A stretch of 64,000 nucleotides of DNA from Octopus sinensis. Lineage: Eukaryota. The DNA lies in the NCBI RefSeq assembly GCF_006345805.1, contig NC_043004.1:82770001-82834000 (forward strand). The letters run 5' to 3'. The translations under genes were made by a program, and so were the position numbers. Shown piece by piece: positions 51,001 to 63,686 of the stretch; within the stretch, counting starts at the first letter, position 1, and every line of letters starts with the position of its first letter. The notes below the pieces were generated by a model. It worked only from the letters and a program-made list of their open reading frames with translations, was not told where the DNA came from and did not search any database.

Positions 51001-54000
51001 TTTTCTTATTTTAGTTTCTAAAATTTTCGTTATGTCTTGCAAACTTTTCAATAGTTTTGTCTCTGTCCGTAATTTACACTGCTTTCCGTTTGGGTTGTGT
51101 GTGCGCATGTGTGTGGGTCAGTGTGTGTGTGTATGTGTGTGTGTGTGTGTGTGCCTATACATGCATGCATGTACGTATGTATGTGTCTGTTTACATATGT
51201 ATATATGTGTATGTATGCGTATATTATCAGAAAATATATCAATGGCCACCATATGAAAAAATAACTTTCAAAGTGAGAATTGTAACTACAAATATAAAAA
51301 CATATACGCGTAATATGCTTTTGTACTGTACAAACCATCTTGTAGTCTATGCAAGTATTAATTATAGTTCATGGATTTTACGTATCTAATATTTATACAA
51401 GTATAAAGTTTAGGCGATTTGGAGAAAGGCGGAAATCCAAAGGGAGGGAAATAGAGAGAGAGAGAGAGAGAAGTTTCAGGACAATCCTGTAAGAGGAGAA
51501 AAATAACATACAATGGGGGAAAGGATGGATAGATAGGTAGATAGATAGATAAATAATTAGACAGACAGTGAGACAGATACATAGTTAGATATATAGATAT
51601 TTCTTTTCAATTTGATGTGGACAATTCATTGAAATTTCATTACGAAGCATATTTTTCATTCTCCTTTCTTTTTTCTTTCTATTGTACACCTATCAACATG
51701 TTTGTAAATAAACACATTTTTTTAAAAGGGCTGGTGACCTTTGAAAGAAGTCAATTTTAGGAAGTAATATGGACAAAATAACAAAAAGAATAGAGGATAC
51801 AGTCATTTTACCGTTACTTTCTAACCACACTTACTATATATGCATGGTACGCTATATCGAAAGAACTAACCTATTTCTTTACTACACACAAGGGGCTAAA
51901 CACAGTGGGGACAAACAAGGACAGACACACGGACTAAGTCGATTATATCGACCCCAGTGCGTAACTGATACTTATTTAATCGACCCCGATCGCATGAAAG
52001 GCAAAATCGACCTCGGCGGAATTTGAACGTAAGGGCAGACGAAATACTTCAAAGCATTTCGCCCGGCTGCTACCGTTTATGCCAGCTCGCCGCCTTCGAA
52101 AGAACGAAGCAATCTATATGTGGTGTACATTGTATTATGCAATAACCATAGCAAAGATATCTAACCTAGAAGTAGCAACCTGCAAACCCTAGTCATTTCT
52201 TTTCCAATTCCACTAGGTACGTAATCCTAATACAAAGATACAGTTATATGTGCTGCGCTTGTCAAATAATAAATACAACACACTGTCCACACCTATTACG
52301 ACTATTTTCCAGAGTTGCTTTGTGTGATTTACACAATGGTGATTATACTATCTAATTAAATAATATCTACAGAATTTGTATAACATTCCCTATTGTGAAT
52401 CATTAGACTACTCCCTACTGCTTTCTATGATTTCCGACTTGGCATTTCCTCTAAATCCTTACCAGGTGTAGTTTATTATATGACACCCTTCCACTTTAAA
52501 CTCCTCAATGATAAATAGTACTCAGCTATTACTAGCAGCTTTACCCTCTCCAGGCAAACATGTCCCAATATTATAAGTGGTCCTAACTAACCTATATACA
52601 ACACCATACATCTTAACACTGCAATTCCATAAAAGTTAGATCATATTATTTGATTGTCTTTGTACCCTCCCCAACATTTCAACCGATATTCACAGAACAT
52701 CTTTAATTCTCTGTATCTCTGCTTTCCTCTCTTTGTGCTTTATCCTTAGTTAGTGAACCTAATCTCGGCCCTATTCCTAGCTGGCTTGTACGTTTTCATT
52801 TTTCTTCACCATTTTCCTGATCCTCTTTCTGTATTCCTAAATTATATTCGGTTGTCTCATTGTTACCCGTTGCTCTTAGGATATTATAATGAAATATCAC
52901 CTACATTCCACTCCAAGAACCAGTCTAGCATACATAAGAACCAGTCTAGCATACATAAGAACCAGTCTAGCAGACCCCTATCTCACCCGGGTTGCTGACC
53001 ATAGATATCATGTTACACATATTCACGAATTATATTCTCAACCTCAACGTCCAACTTTGTGGTTCATCCTTCCATTTCATAATTGGCCTTGACAGACTTC
53101 AGTCAGATCTCTGCCGTATTTTTGAGATATTCTATAACTTTCAGCATCAGATGAAAATTACGTTTCGTCTGATGATTATTGCTTTTTTTTTTGTAATATA
53201 GTAATGTTTTCATTCTACTATTAAAAAGATGTATAAGCACAACACCCGCGCCTATATATATATATATATATAATATATATTAGAAGAAATAAGGTACTCA
53301 GGAAGTTAGATGGAATTATATTTACAGATATTTATTAATATGAAACATGTGTTTATAATTAATATATTAGCTTGCGTCCACTCTACTAGAGTCTTCAGAT
53401 TGAACTTTTTCAGTAAACTTGTCTCTTTTTATAGTATTATTGTGTGTATATGGGTGGATAGAGATATAAGATAGTACAAGAGGGTGAGGAATGGGGCGAA
53501 AGTGAGAGAGTTCGTGTGTGTGTGTGTGTCCTTTTGCATCGGAAAGGAGTGTCAATGGAAAGGAAAAGGAACGGAAGAAGGAAGAAAGAAAGAAGACAAA
53601 AATATGTTGACATCTTAGCAGTTGGTCAGTTCTTTCAGTAGGAAATGATTCTTGGCTTTTAGAAACGGCAAATCCACGTGACCACTCCAAGAAGGGTAAA
53701 TATTATCTTACAAAAAATTGTCTGGATTTCTTTTTATCATTGTCTTGTAAGTGTGTGCGCGCGCGCTGAATCTGTTCTTCAAGTAGTAGTAATTGGCATT
53801 TAGTAGTGACAATGCTGTCTTCTACTTAAGTTCCTTATATGGAGCTCTGAAATCCCCTTTTATCTCAATTCTATAATTAGTAAATCTTTATTGTCTCCTT
53901 CCAATTATTTTTCCCTCTATGAACCTTACAGTAGTCTGGAACAACCGAATCTTAGTCAGTCAGTTGATGGTCTCCACTACCTCAAATGTTCTTAAAATTT

Positions 54001-54222
54001 AAATCCACATCTTTGTCTATATATCTAGCTTCTCTATAATGTTGCCACTTGATATGAACACTTTTGTATTAATGCAAAACCTCTATAATTGGCTGATGAG
54101 TGCTCAGAATTTTAAAACTGTTGTAATACAACATCTAATAAAAGGATGTAGTACTAAGCGATTGTACCAAATTACCGAAGCCATTCTTGTTGCTTGTTTT
54201 GATATATATATATATATATATC

Positions 54223-54256
<34 letters not shown>

Positions 54257-54311
54257 CAGAGTGACTTAGAGATGTAGATAGACAGGTCGATATATTGCTG
54301 GATATAGAGGT

Positions 54312-54361
<50 letters not shown>

Positions 54362-54523
54362 TTATAGCCATACTAATATGGCATTCTTATAAAAATAAGA
54401 AAAAAGCTGACCGCTTATTAGCTCCATGAGGCCATAGCCTTAAGTTAGCTATTTGATACACAAACTGTATCCATATAACCTTTGAACAAGGGAGGTCAGT
54501 CGCTCCACACTACTTGGCCGGCA

Positions 54524-54565
54524 GCTACAGACGCGTTTCTGGATATTGCCCCTTTTCAATGCAGC
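54524..54565 (-). ncRNA. Hammerhead ribozyme, array unit 1 (stem II damaged)
   Basis: Core intact, but stem II reads gggg-caata-tcca instead of cccc. Confidence 0.55.
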
Positions 54566-54886
54566 GTAGCCAAACCAGTAGGTGTCGCTTCCGACAATCT
54601 CTGTTCAAAGGTTTTATTTACCTAGCTTCGGTGGAAAACATCCACTTGTTTTCAATAATAGAAATATTAAAATTACTAAGTCTCTCTAAAAGAGAACAAC
54701 GGCAGCGTTCCCGGAAAGTATTAGTTATCGCCATACTAATATGGCATTCTTATAAAAATAAGAAAAAAGCTGACCGCTTATTAGCTCCATGAGGCCATCG
54801 CCTTAAGTTAGCTATTTGATACACAAACTGTATCCATATAACCTTTGAACAAGGGAGGTCAGTCGCTCCACACTACTTGGCCGGCA

Positions 54887-54928
54887 GCTACAGACGCGTT
54901 TCGGGGTATTGCCCCTTTTCAATGCAGC
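54887..54928 (-). ncRNA. Hammerhead ribozyme, array unit 2
   Basis: Reverse complement of the 55652-55693 motif; intact. Confidence 0.72.
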
Positions 54929-55249
54929 GTAGCCAAACCAGTAGGTGTCGCTTCCGACAATCTCTGTTCAAAGGTTTTATTTACCTAGCTTCGGTGGAAT
55001 ACATCCACTTGTTTTCAATAATAGAAATATTAAAATTACTAAGTCTCTCTAAAAGAGAACAACGGCAGCGTTCCCGGAAAATATTAGTTATCGCCATACT
55101 AATATGGCATTCTTATAAAAATAAGAAAAAAGCTGACCGCTTATTAGCTCCATGAGGCCATCGCCTTAAGTTAGCGATTTGATACACAAACTGTATCTAT
55201 ATAACCTTTGAACAAGGGAGGTCAGTCGCTCCACACTACTTGGCCGGCA

Positions 55250-55291
55250 GCTACAGACGCGTTTCGGGGTATTGCCCCTTTTCAATGCAGC
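55250..55291 (-). ncRNA. Hammerhead ribozyme, array unit 3
   Basis: Same intact motif, 363 bp after unit 2. Confidence 0.72.
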
Positions 55292-55651
55292 GTAGCCAAA
55301 CCAGTAGGTGTCGCTTCCGACAATCTCTGTTCAAAGGTTTTATTTACCTAGCTTCGGTGGAATACATCCACTTGTTTTCAATAATAGAAATATTAAAATT
55401 ACTAAATCTCTCTAAAAGAGAACAACGGCAGCGTTCCCGGAAAATATTAGTTATCGCCATACTAATATGGCATTCTTATAAGAATAAGAAAAAAGCTGAC
55501 CGCTTATTAGCTCCATGTTGTTCTCTTTTAGAGAGACTTAGTAATTTTAATATTTCTATTATTGAAAACAAGTGGATGTATTCCACCGAAGCTAGGTAAA
55601 TAAAACCTTTGAACAGAGATTGTCGGAAGCGACACCTACTAGTTTGGCTAC

Positions 55652-55693
55652 GCTGCATTGAAAAGGGGCAATACCCCGAAACGCGTCTGTAGC
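55652..55693 (+). ncRNA. Type I minimal hammerhead ribozyme (U3-A8 core variant)
   Basis: gctgca-TTGAAAA-gggg(caata)cccc-GAAA-cgcGTC-tgtagc. Stem I gctgca/tgtagc, stem II gggg/cccc, palindromic acgcgt stem III; predicted cleavage after C55687. Confidence 0.75.
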
Positions 55694-55919
55694 TGGCGGC
55701 CAAGTAGTGTGGAGCGACTGACCTCCCTTGTTCAAAGGTTAAATGGATACAGTTTGTGTATCAAATAGCTAACTTAAGGCGATGGCCTCATGGAGCTAAT
55801 AAGCGGTCAGCTTTTTTCTTATTTTTATAAGAATGCCATATTAGTATGGCGATAACTAATATTTTCCGGGAACGCTGCCGTTGTTCTCTTTTAGAGAGAC
55901 TTAGTAATTTTAATATTTC

Positions 55920-55951
<32 letters not shown>

Positions 55952-55954
<3 letters not shown>

Positions 55955-56176
55955 ATTATGAGTAGGAAATTGAAATTTGTAAATGAATCTTTACAACTAA
56001 CATCAGGATTTATCGTACTTTATTCCATTCTTAGCAGTTGCGTTGCAACTTACGTGATTATAAATGAATCACCTAGTATTGAAATCAGCTCTCGCCTATA
56101 TTTAGCAATGGTGATGATAGGGTGCTTCATATATTTGATACTGTTGTTCTGGTGTGGAGTTCATTTGAATAAATCA
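55952..56176 (+). pseudogene. GRL A3 first exon, 5'-truncated remnant (last ~75 codons, TM5-TM6)
   Basis: Matches A1 from aatattatgagtagg to the GTGAGT donor at 56177. Upstream part is replaced by (TA)n and the 363-bp array. Confidence 0.88.
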
Positions 56177-57376
56177 GTGAGTATCTTTTACGATAACTTC
56201 ATAATATCAAATCTTAATTTTATCTTTTTATGTTATATCGCTTACTTCTTTCAGTGTGTAGGCTGTAGTCATGCTCGAGCACCGAATTTGGTATAGCTGC
56301 ACTATCGCTGATCCATTTTCTTTCATCGGTACTTGGTGAATGATGGAATCCAAATTTAGTACCCTCGGTTTTCTTACTTTCCGCAAATTAGGATCGTCTT
56401 AACTTGTAGTTGGTAGATGGTCGGTTTATATTATGTCTCGTCTTGTCTTTAGACAGCATTCTTCCGGGGTGGGTTGAGCTGACTTCATTCATCCTCAATG
56501 CTGCAGCTGGCACAAACGCCGAGCAGACCTGGTGATTTGAGGCTGACGACCGCTTGATCTCCAACCACTCCTTATTCCATCAGCGAAAGTCGAAGATATG
56601 GGGGGCCTAGGTCGGGTTCCAGATCAGACTTGACTGACAGAAGCCAGGTTTTTCGCTGTCCACCACATCGTTTTGCCAACCCTGAAGGGGAGCTGGGGCA
56701 ATTGCTTCGTAGATAAATTCTCCAAGCACTTGTAGATGAATTCTACCAAGCACTAGTGCGAACGATTCTCCTTTACGGCAGCGAGACATGGCCGATGAGG
56801 GTGTAAGATATTAAGCGACTAGAATCCTGCGATAACCTCTGTCTACGCCGCATCCGTCGTGTCCGATGGCATCACTTTATATTATGACACGATCTACATT
56901 CATTCATGTATATCTATTACGAATTTCCGTAGGATATTTAATCACAAAGCTATTGTGGTATCTAGCTTTCGATCTTATGTTGGCCTCTATACAGTGGTGA
57001 TCCGTTCAGGTATTAAAATAACTTTTAGTACCAACGCTTCAGAATCTATCAGAAATATAGAATCGCATAATTTTCTCTTTGCTCTATGGAGCAAAGTCGT
57101 AGAAATTTTGGCGTAGAAATGAGGCAATATGCTTCGTGTACCAGTGTTCGATTTCTTCAATGACATCAATATAGACAGCAAATTTGCCCGTTTTATAGGG
57201 ACCAATTATTTATGCTGTTGGAATAGTAGAGATGCTGGCGGACTAAATAAATGGCAGGTGGCCTTCGTTTTAGTGATTTACACATTGAGTCTTAATCCCA
57301 AAGTGTGAACCATACACACACATAACTTACACGCACACACACACATATATATATATATTTACACACACAGCCATCC

Positions 57377-57411
<35 letters not shown>

Positions 57412-58517
57412 CAAAATGTTCTACACTATACACATAATTATAATCAGAGCTCCGCTAATTGCTCCGCACGTATCGAATTAGAAATGGACGCTAATGTCTT
57501 TTCAGTTACCATATATATCTCCGAGACAGTAACACACATTTTTTGTAAGCAAAAAAAAAAAAAAATGATGAATTCACACGACTTCGATTAACCACAGACG
57601 TGTTTCGAAATTAAAGTAAATTATAGTTACCTACTTTTCTCCTCATTGTGATAATTCGAGGGATATATTTGCGAGTGTTAGGATTAGATATGTACGCGAT
57701 CAAGCGTCATCGCATAACTGATATTCTACCGCACTCACAAAAATATACAGCCGAATGTGAATACATATTTATCCATTATACCCACGTGTGTGTTACGAAC
57801 ACTCCCGCAGAAAACTGTAGATTCGATCAGGGAGTAAAAAGTGTGTTTCTGTCTCGGAGATAATTATGGTAGTTGTAAAGATAAGTGCGTCCATTTCTAA
57901 TTCGGGACGTGGCAAAGCAATAAGCTGACCCCTAATTGTAATTACATATACAATTATGAAATATTTTGTGTAATTCACATAAAAAGGTCATTTTAACGTA
58001 CTGACTACTTGGTAAAATTATTAATTATTAATCAATTAATTGATTATTTTATTTATTTTACCCAGTATTATAGATATATATATCTGAGATCTTGTGCTGG
58101 AATGAAAGCAGTTGCAGCGTGGAAGGAGTTTAGAAGCCATTTAAGAAACACAAAAACCATTAGATTTATTTCAACATTTAAATTTCATTTGCCAGTATAT
58201 TTTCGTCGCTTCGAGTCCGCAACGAATATAAATTTGGGAAAATAAATTTAAATGTTGAGGTGAATCTAATTTATATATATATACAATTGCGTCGTGGAAG
58301 GTGTTTATAAGATATTTAAGAAAGACACAAAACCATTAGATTCACTTCAACATTTAAATTACCTCTGTTGTTACGTTCTGCGTTCTGGTACCAACGAGGT
58401 CAGCTTTGCTTTTCATTCTTACGAGGTCAATAACATAAGTACCAGACGAGCACTGGGGTCGATGTAAACAACTTACGAACACCACCGGAATTGCCGGCCT
58501 TGTGACAAACTATGAAA

Positions 58518-58576
<59 letters not shown>

Positions 58577-58579
<3 letters not shown>

Positions 58580-59740
58580 TAGTTTTATTTTTATAGCGTG
58601 CTTTCACTTCACTACCGAGCGCAGCTCTGTGTGCCTTGTGGTATGTGCTGTGATGTTGTGATGTCTGATGGTTATTGTATGGAAAGTTCTCTGCGTAGGA
58701 TGTGTGCAGTGCCTAGTAGGGCAATTTTCTGTATTATATATGTGTTTGTAAGTCCTGGTGTTTTTGTTATGTAATTGTATGAATATTTTTTTATCATGCC
58801 TAATGCACCTACTATGATAGGAATTGTTTCTGTTTTCAGATTCCACATTCTAGTTACCTCTATTTCCCGGTCTTTGTATTTTGAGAGTTTCTCCATTTCT
58901 TTTAGAGACACGTTGTCATCTGCCGGTATTGATACATCAATTAGAAAGCATTTTTTTCCTTCATGATCTCTGACAACTATATCTGGTCTGTTGGCCTTAA
59001 TTTCTCTATCTGTGTGTATCGGCATATCCCAGAGTATGGTTGCTTTCTCGTTTTCTGTAACCTTTTCTGGTGTGTGCCTATACCATCTTTTTTCTGTTGT
59101 TATTCCATAATGTTGGCATTGCTTCCAATGTATGTAGGTTCCAACTCTGTCATGTCTGTGAATATATTCCTTCTTAACCAGGACTGGGCAGCTAGAGATA
59201 ATATGATTTATTGTTTCTTGTCCATCTCCACATATTCTGCAGTTACTTGTAATATTTCTTTTCATTACATGTTTTTGGTAATTTCTGGTGGGGAGGCTTT
59301 GGTCTTGTGCTGCAATTAAAAATCCCTCTGTTTCTGCTTTGAGTCCTGAGCTTTTCAACCATTGCTGGGATCTTTCTTTGTCTATTTCTTTTGCGTTTAG
59401 TTTAGTGCAGTATTTACCATGAAGAGGCTTTTCTTGCCATCGTTTAATCATGGTTCGTTGCTGTTCTATTTTTAGTTTGGATTTCATTTGTTTTATAGCT
59501 TTTGTTGTTTCTTCATCATCTTCTTCTTCTTCTTCGTGTTTATTAGGTGGTATGATTTCTTGTTTGTATTTGTCAGCTTCCTTAAATACTGAGAACAGTT
59601 TTTTGTTTTGCTCGTGTTTTGCTGCTATCTGGATCAGTTTTCCTTCCTTCTGAAGTAGGTATTTTTGCAGTCCTATGGTGGTTATTTTATAGTAGTTTTC
59701 CAGCTGCATAAGGCCTCTACCACCTTCTATACGTTGTATA
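58577..59740 (-). mobile_element. 5'-truncated R4/Dong-type non-LTR retrotransposon (RLE endonuclease) inserted in (TAA)n
   Basis: Stop-free 345-aa ORF with GGRGL upstream, KPLHGKY, ETEGFLIAAQDQ, CRICx8Hx4C knuckle, RHD, RPDIVV, IDVSIP and KYKD. 3' AATAAA then (TAA)n. The homologous tract in unit I (~14380-14455) is empty. Confidence 0.88.
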
Positions 59741-59786
<46 letters not shown>

Positions 59787-60334
59787 ATTATTATTATTGA
59801 GTGAGAGAGTTGTACATGCCATCAAAGTGACACTGGGGTAAAATATACGAAGCCCAGTATACCCATCATTACTACCCGCCTGATAAAGGTACACGAGGCA
59901 CATGCATCACAACCATATGTGCGCGACATGGTGATCTCATATCAAAATAAACAGCACATGACCTTACAGGTGGGACCCAGTTAGAATTTTATTCAGGTCG
60001 AGTTACCCATCCCGCTCAAAATGTCCCTGAATACAGGTTGTTTAATGATGTTTCCAGTGGTGAATTATTCAAACCCTAAAGAATTCCTTTTAACATACGG
60101 CTATGATGCTCCCCCACTACTTCTTCTCGTGATCAGAGATGCACATATCGTCAGCCTCTAAGAACCATGCTCAACTGGTTAAGGTCTAACAACTGACAAG
60201 CAAATCTGTGGTATTGAGCAGAATATTTGCTGCAGTCCAACTTTTGTACCAAGAAAAAACAATGTACATGATAAAACTTCCAATCAGTTAAGATCAGAAA
60301 CCATGAAAACCACTGTCTGGTACTGCATCAGGGC

Positions 60335-60368
<34 letters not shown>

Positions 60369-60374
60369 GTTATT

Positions 60375-60409
<35 letters not shown>

Positions 60410-60726
60410 GATTATTATTATTTTTTGTTCCTTCTTCTTTTAAATTTTAAATTTTCGCTCTCCTTCTCGACTATTCGTTGATCAAAGGGGCATGCAACAT
60501 CAACTATATAGAATATGTGGTATATCGTCTTGACGATCTATATCTCTGGCCTGTTGTGCTCAAGCATCTGATCTCCTTTGATTGGGAAATCGTAGAGATC
60601 ATAACCCCACAGCTGGTTGTGCTTTTGGGGAATACTAGGGTATTCGTTTGGGATATGGGCAATGCTTATATCTGCTCCTTTACATATGATTATTATTATC
60701 ATTATTATTTTCTTTTTCGCATCCAG

Positions 60727-60795
60727 GTTCACAGCATTACACAAAGTATTCATTATATGCAGTTTCAGGGCGTCGACCAGGAGGTTGTTGCGAAG
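60727..60795 (+). CDS. GRL cassette copy 3, exon 2
   Basis: ccAG acceptor, GT at 60796; same peptide as copy 1. Functional status is uncertain because both upstream first exons are damaged. Confidence 0.65.
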
Positions 60796-61700
60796 GTAAA
60801 TAAATTTTATGCTTGATTTTTCTCTTATCTAACTACAATTTTAAGTTATTCATCAGCCCATTATGTATGTATAAATATAAAAATAAATAAATGCGCCCTT
60901 TTTAAAGACTAGCCAGGCTCATGGGTCTATTTTCTCGGTTTCTATGGCATATGTGTTCCCCTGATGGACAGGACGCCAGTCCATCGCAGCCTTATCCCTT
61001 TTTGCCAGCTGAGTGGACTGGAGCAACGTGAAATGAAGTGTTTTGCTCAAGAATACAACGCGTCGCCCGGTCCAGGAATCGAAACCACAATCTTACGATC
61101 ATCATGCTGACACTCTAACCACTAAGCCACGTGCCTCCACATATATATTGGATTGGTGCGTTATTATTGCAAATGTTTTTCCAACAAAATTTATTCAACA
61201 AAAACAAAAACAATATTTAAGAAACACATCTTTAAATGAGAGTCTCAACGCGTGCAGACCAAATGAGAAGTAGTAATTGAAGTAGATGGTGAATATGCTC
61301 CGGAACAATCATTTAAAGATGTTGGTGCATTTTAAAGATGGCAATGTTTTTCTTCCCTATTTATTCATTACTTCCTGCAACTCATCTAAATTCTTCTGAT
61401 CTTCCTCACATTAATTATTAACTCGTTGGTGCAAGTTGTCCCATCCTTATTGGTATCGCTATTATATTTTCCTTTAGGTTCTTTTCTGGTTTTATATATA
61501 ACCATGCGAATAATCATCGTTGAATTTCCATCAATACAAATAGGAATTCATCAAGTCCTTAAACGTACATTTGTTTTTATCCCATCCTTTTCTGTATCAA
61601 ATGACGATGTGTCCACGGACATCAAATATATGAGAAAAGTTGGTGGGATTTCTTGTTCAACCGTCTCTGTTTATGATTTTCATCTTCTTATGTATTACAG

Positions 61701-61790
61701 ATATTAGTTTTCCTAAATCGACTAACGACTGAATCTCATGGAATTGATGTTGGTGGCTGTTTCGTAATAACTCTTTCGTCAACACTTACG
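61701..61790 (+). CDS. GRL cassette copy 3, exon 3 (P>L: ...FVITLSSTLT)
   Basis: acAG acceptor, GT at 61791, open frame. Confidence 0.65.
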
Positions 61791-62209
61791 GTAAATATTA
61801 CAGTATTTAGTGCATATTTTACATATTTTGTCATACAAAGTCGCAGGCATGATCCTGAGTTCTGCTTCTCGACTGTATAACTTAGGCTTCAGACTCACTG
61901 CGTGACACCTAGTGCAAAATTTTCGACTCTAGCCTCAGGTCGACCAAAGGACTCAATGAGTAATTTCGATAGACAGAAACTGAAAGGAATCATTTGCATA
62001 TATATATATTATGTACGAGATGTTTTGATCTGATTTACGCTGTTCACCCCAAACAGACATTTTATCCACTCAAATCGTAGCCACAAAATAATAGCACATT
62101 TTCTGGAAAGCGGATTGTTATGATGGCAAATATGTTCAAACCTATTATAATTATTAAAATTACCAAGTAAACCGCTACGCAACTGATATAATTGCTACAG
62201 TGTCATAGT

Positions 62210-62256
<47 letters not shown>

Positions 62257-63629
62257 AAATTAATATGGAAAATACACACTCTTTACATAGTTTTAATATA
62301 ATTTTTAATATATCAACAGTTCGCTTTCGCTATTCATGATATTGTGGTTTACTTATTTGTATATGTATTTTCTTAAGACGAAATGTTGCCCACGTTGTGT
62401 GTAATGATATTTACGAGTGAATGACTTCACAAGTAGAAAAAATAAGGGGAGGTATTTAGTTATCATTATTATTGTTATTTTTGTGGGTAAGGGAGATAAC
62501 TGTTCGGCTTTCGGTAAGGGTAGGGGTACAGACAAAAAAAAACGGGTTTCGAAATATTTGTTTAGTGAGGTGATTTATGTACAGTGATGTAATTGTGAAT
62601 TGAAATATTTAAAAAGATAAACGTTGGTTATACGTGTATATTAAGACATGTTCTGTATTTTTCAATGAAAAAAGTTTGTTTATTTAAACGTTCTTTTGGA
62701 GAGATTGTGTCTTTGCACTTGTAGAAGGGGAAGAATTTGAAATTTGGCTTGGTGTTATCTGCATATTTTTGTATATGTTCAATCCGGGAAACGGATTTGC
62801 TCTTTATGTAGAGTGGATATTTTTCTCAGGGTCATACTCGTCTATCCAAACGCCAGAGGACTTAACCTTAAGACCCATTGTAGCTGGGCCAGCTTCTGAA
62901 AGCCACCGCTTACGCAATTTTCAAGACATCCCACTGAAACCCTTGCTGTAATACATCAACATTTTCATTAGCTATTTTAAGTTCAAAATGTATTTGGTTT
63001 ATTAGTGACTCATGAAAGATCGTGAATACAACTTCAAACACAGCGATAAATAAGAAATAAAACGCGAATAATAAAAATAAAAAGAGTATATAATACAATT
63101 AAAGAATTGAATTTCAAATAAATAGAAACGAAAATATTGCGAAGGAGAATTTATTTGTTATATGCTTTGTTACTTTTGGGGGCCGAGATATAGCTTCTTA
63201 AAATAATCCTTTGCAATGAAATGCGTTTTATAACCTCTGATTTTATAAAACGTTTGCAATATACCCCTACAACCGTTTATCTTTTGAGTTCAAACGTTAC
63301 CAGTCTTGACATTCTGTCGGTCATAATGCACCCAGCAAAATCTGCCTGCTTAACATTTCGATTCGACGTTCAGTCGCACACCTAACTCAACCATAAAACA
63401 TAATTGAATAACTGATAATTTATGGGCGCCTTAATGAAAATCGGTAACGAATATATCAGAAGATCTTGAAATCATGACCTAAATGTTTAGTGCCCAAAAT
63501 TGCGGTTGCTTAACTGAAACAACCAGCTTACTTTTCTAGTATAAGTAGTACATAACGACCTTCAATCCGTATAATTCTCTTCATTCACTGAAAATAGCAC
63601 ATATATAACGTCTCTTTTCTGTTTTTCAG

Positions 63630-63686
63630 ATGATTGGAAGTTTCATTACTTACATACTTCTGGTTATTCAGACAAAGCAATTATAA
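63630..63686 (+). CDS. GRL cassette copy 3, exon 4 (MIGSFITYILLVIQTKQL*)
   Basis: ttcAG acceptor; motif intact; 3 nt differ from copy 1. Confidence 0.68.
   Translation: MIGSFITYILLVIQTKQL

Larger units (their letters stand above)
54358..55923. mobile_element. 363-bp tandem array (3.2 direct units, 54358-55517) plus inverted ~1.1 units (55518-55923), flanked by (TA)n; Penelope pseudo-LTR/retrozyme-like
   Basis: ttagttat(a/c)gccatac recurs at 54358, 54721, 55084 and 55447. From 55518 the sequence is the reverse complement of the unit. Each unit carries a hammerhead motif. Confidence 0.85.

Noticed and set aside
52915-52972. 21-bp tandem repeat (aagaaccagtctagcatacat x2.7)
   Set aside because: Copy-specific slippage in intronic DNA with no evidence of function.
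54514-55703. Repeated 92-aa ORFs in the 363-bp array; also a CRISPR-like reading of the array
   Set aside because: The ORFs start at TTG on the antisense of the ribozyme strand and have no recognisable domain. Units are full-length identical repeats without unique spacers, in a eukaryotic context.
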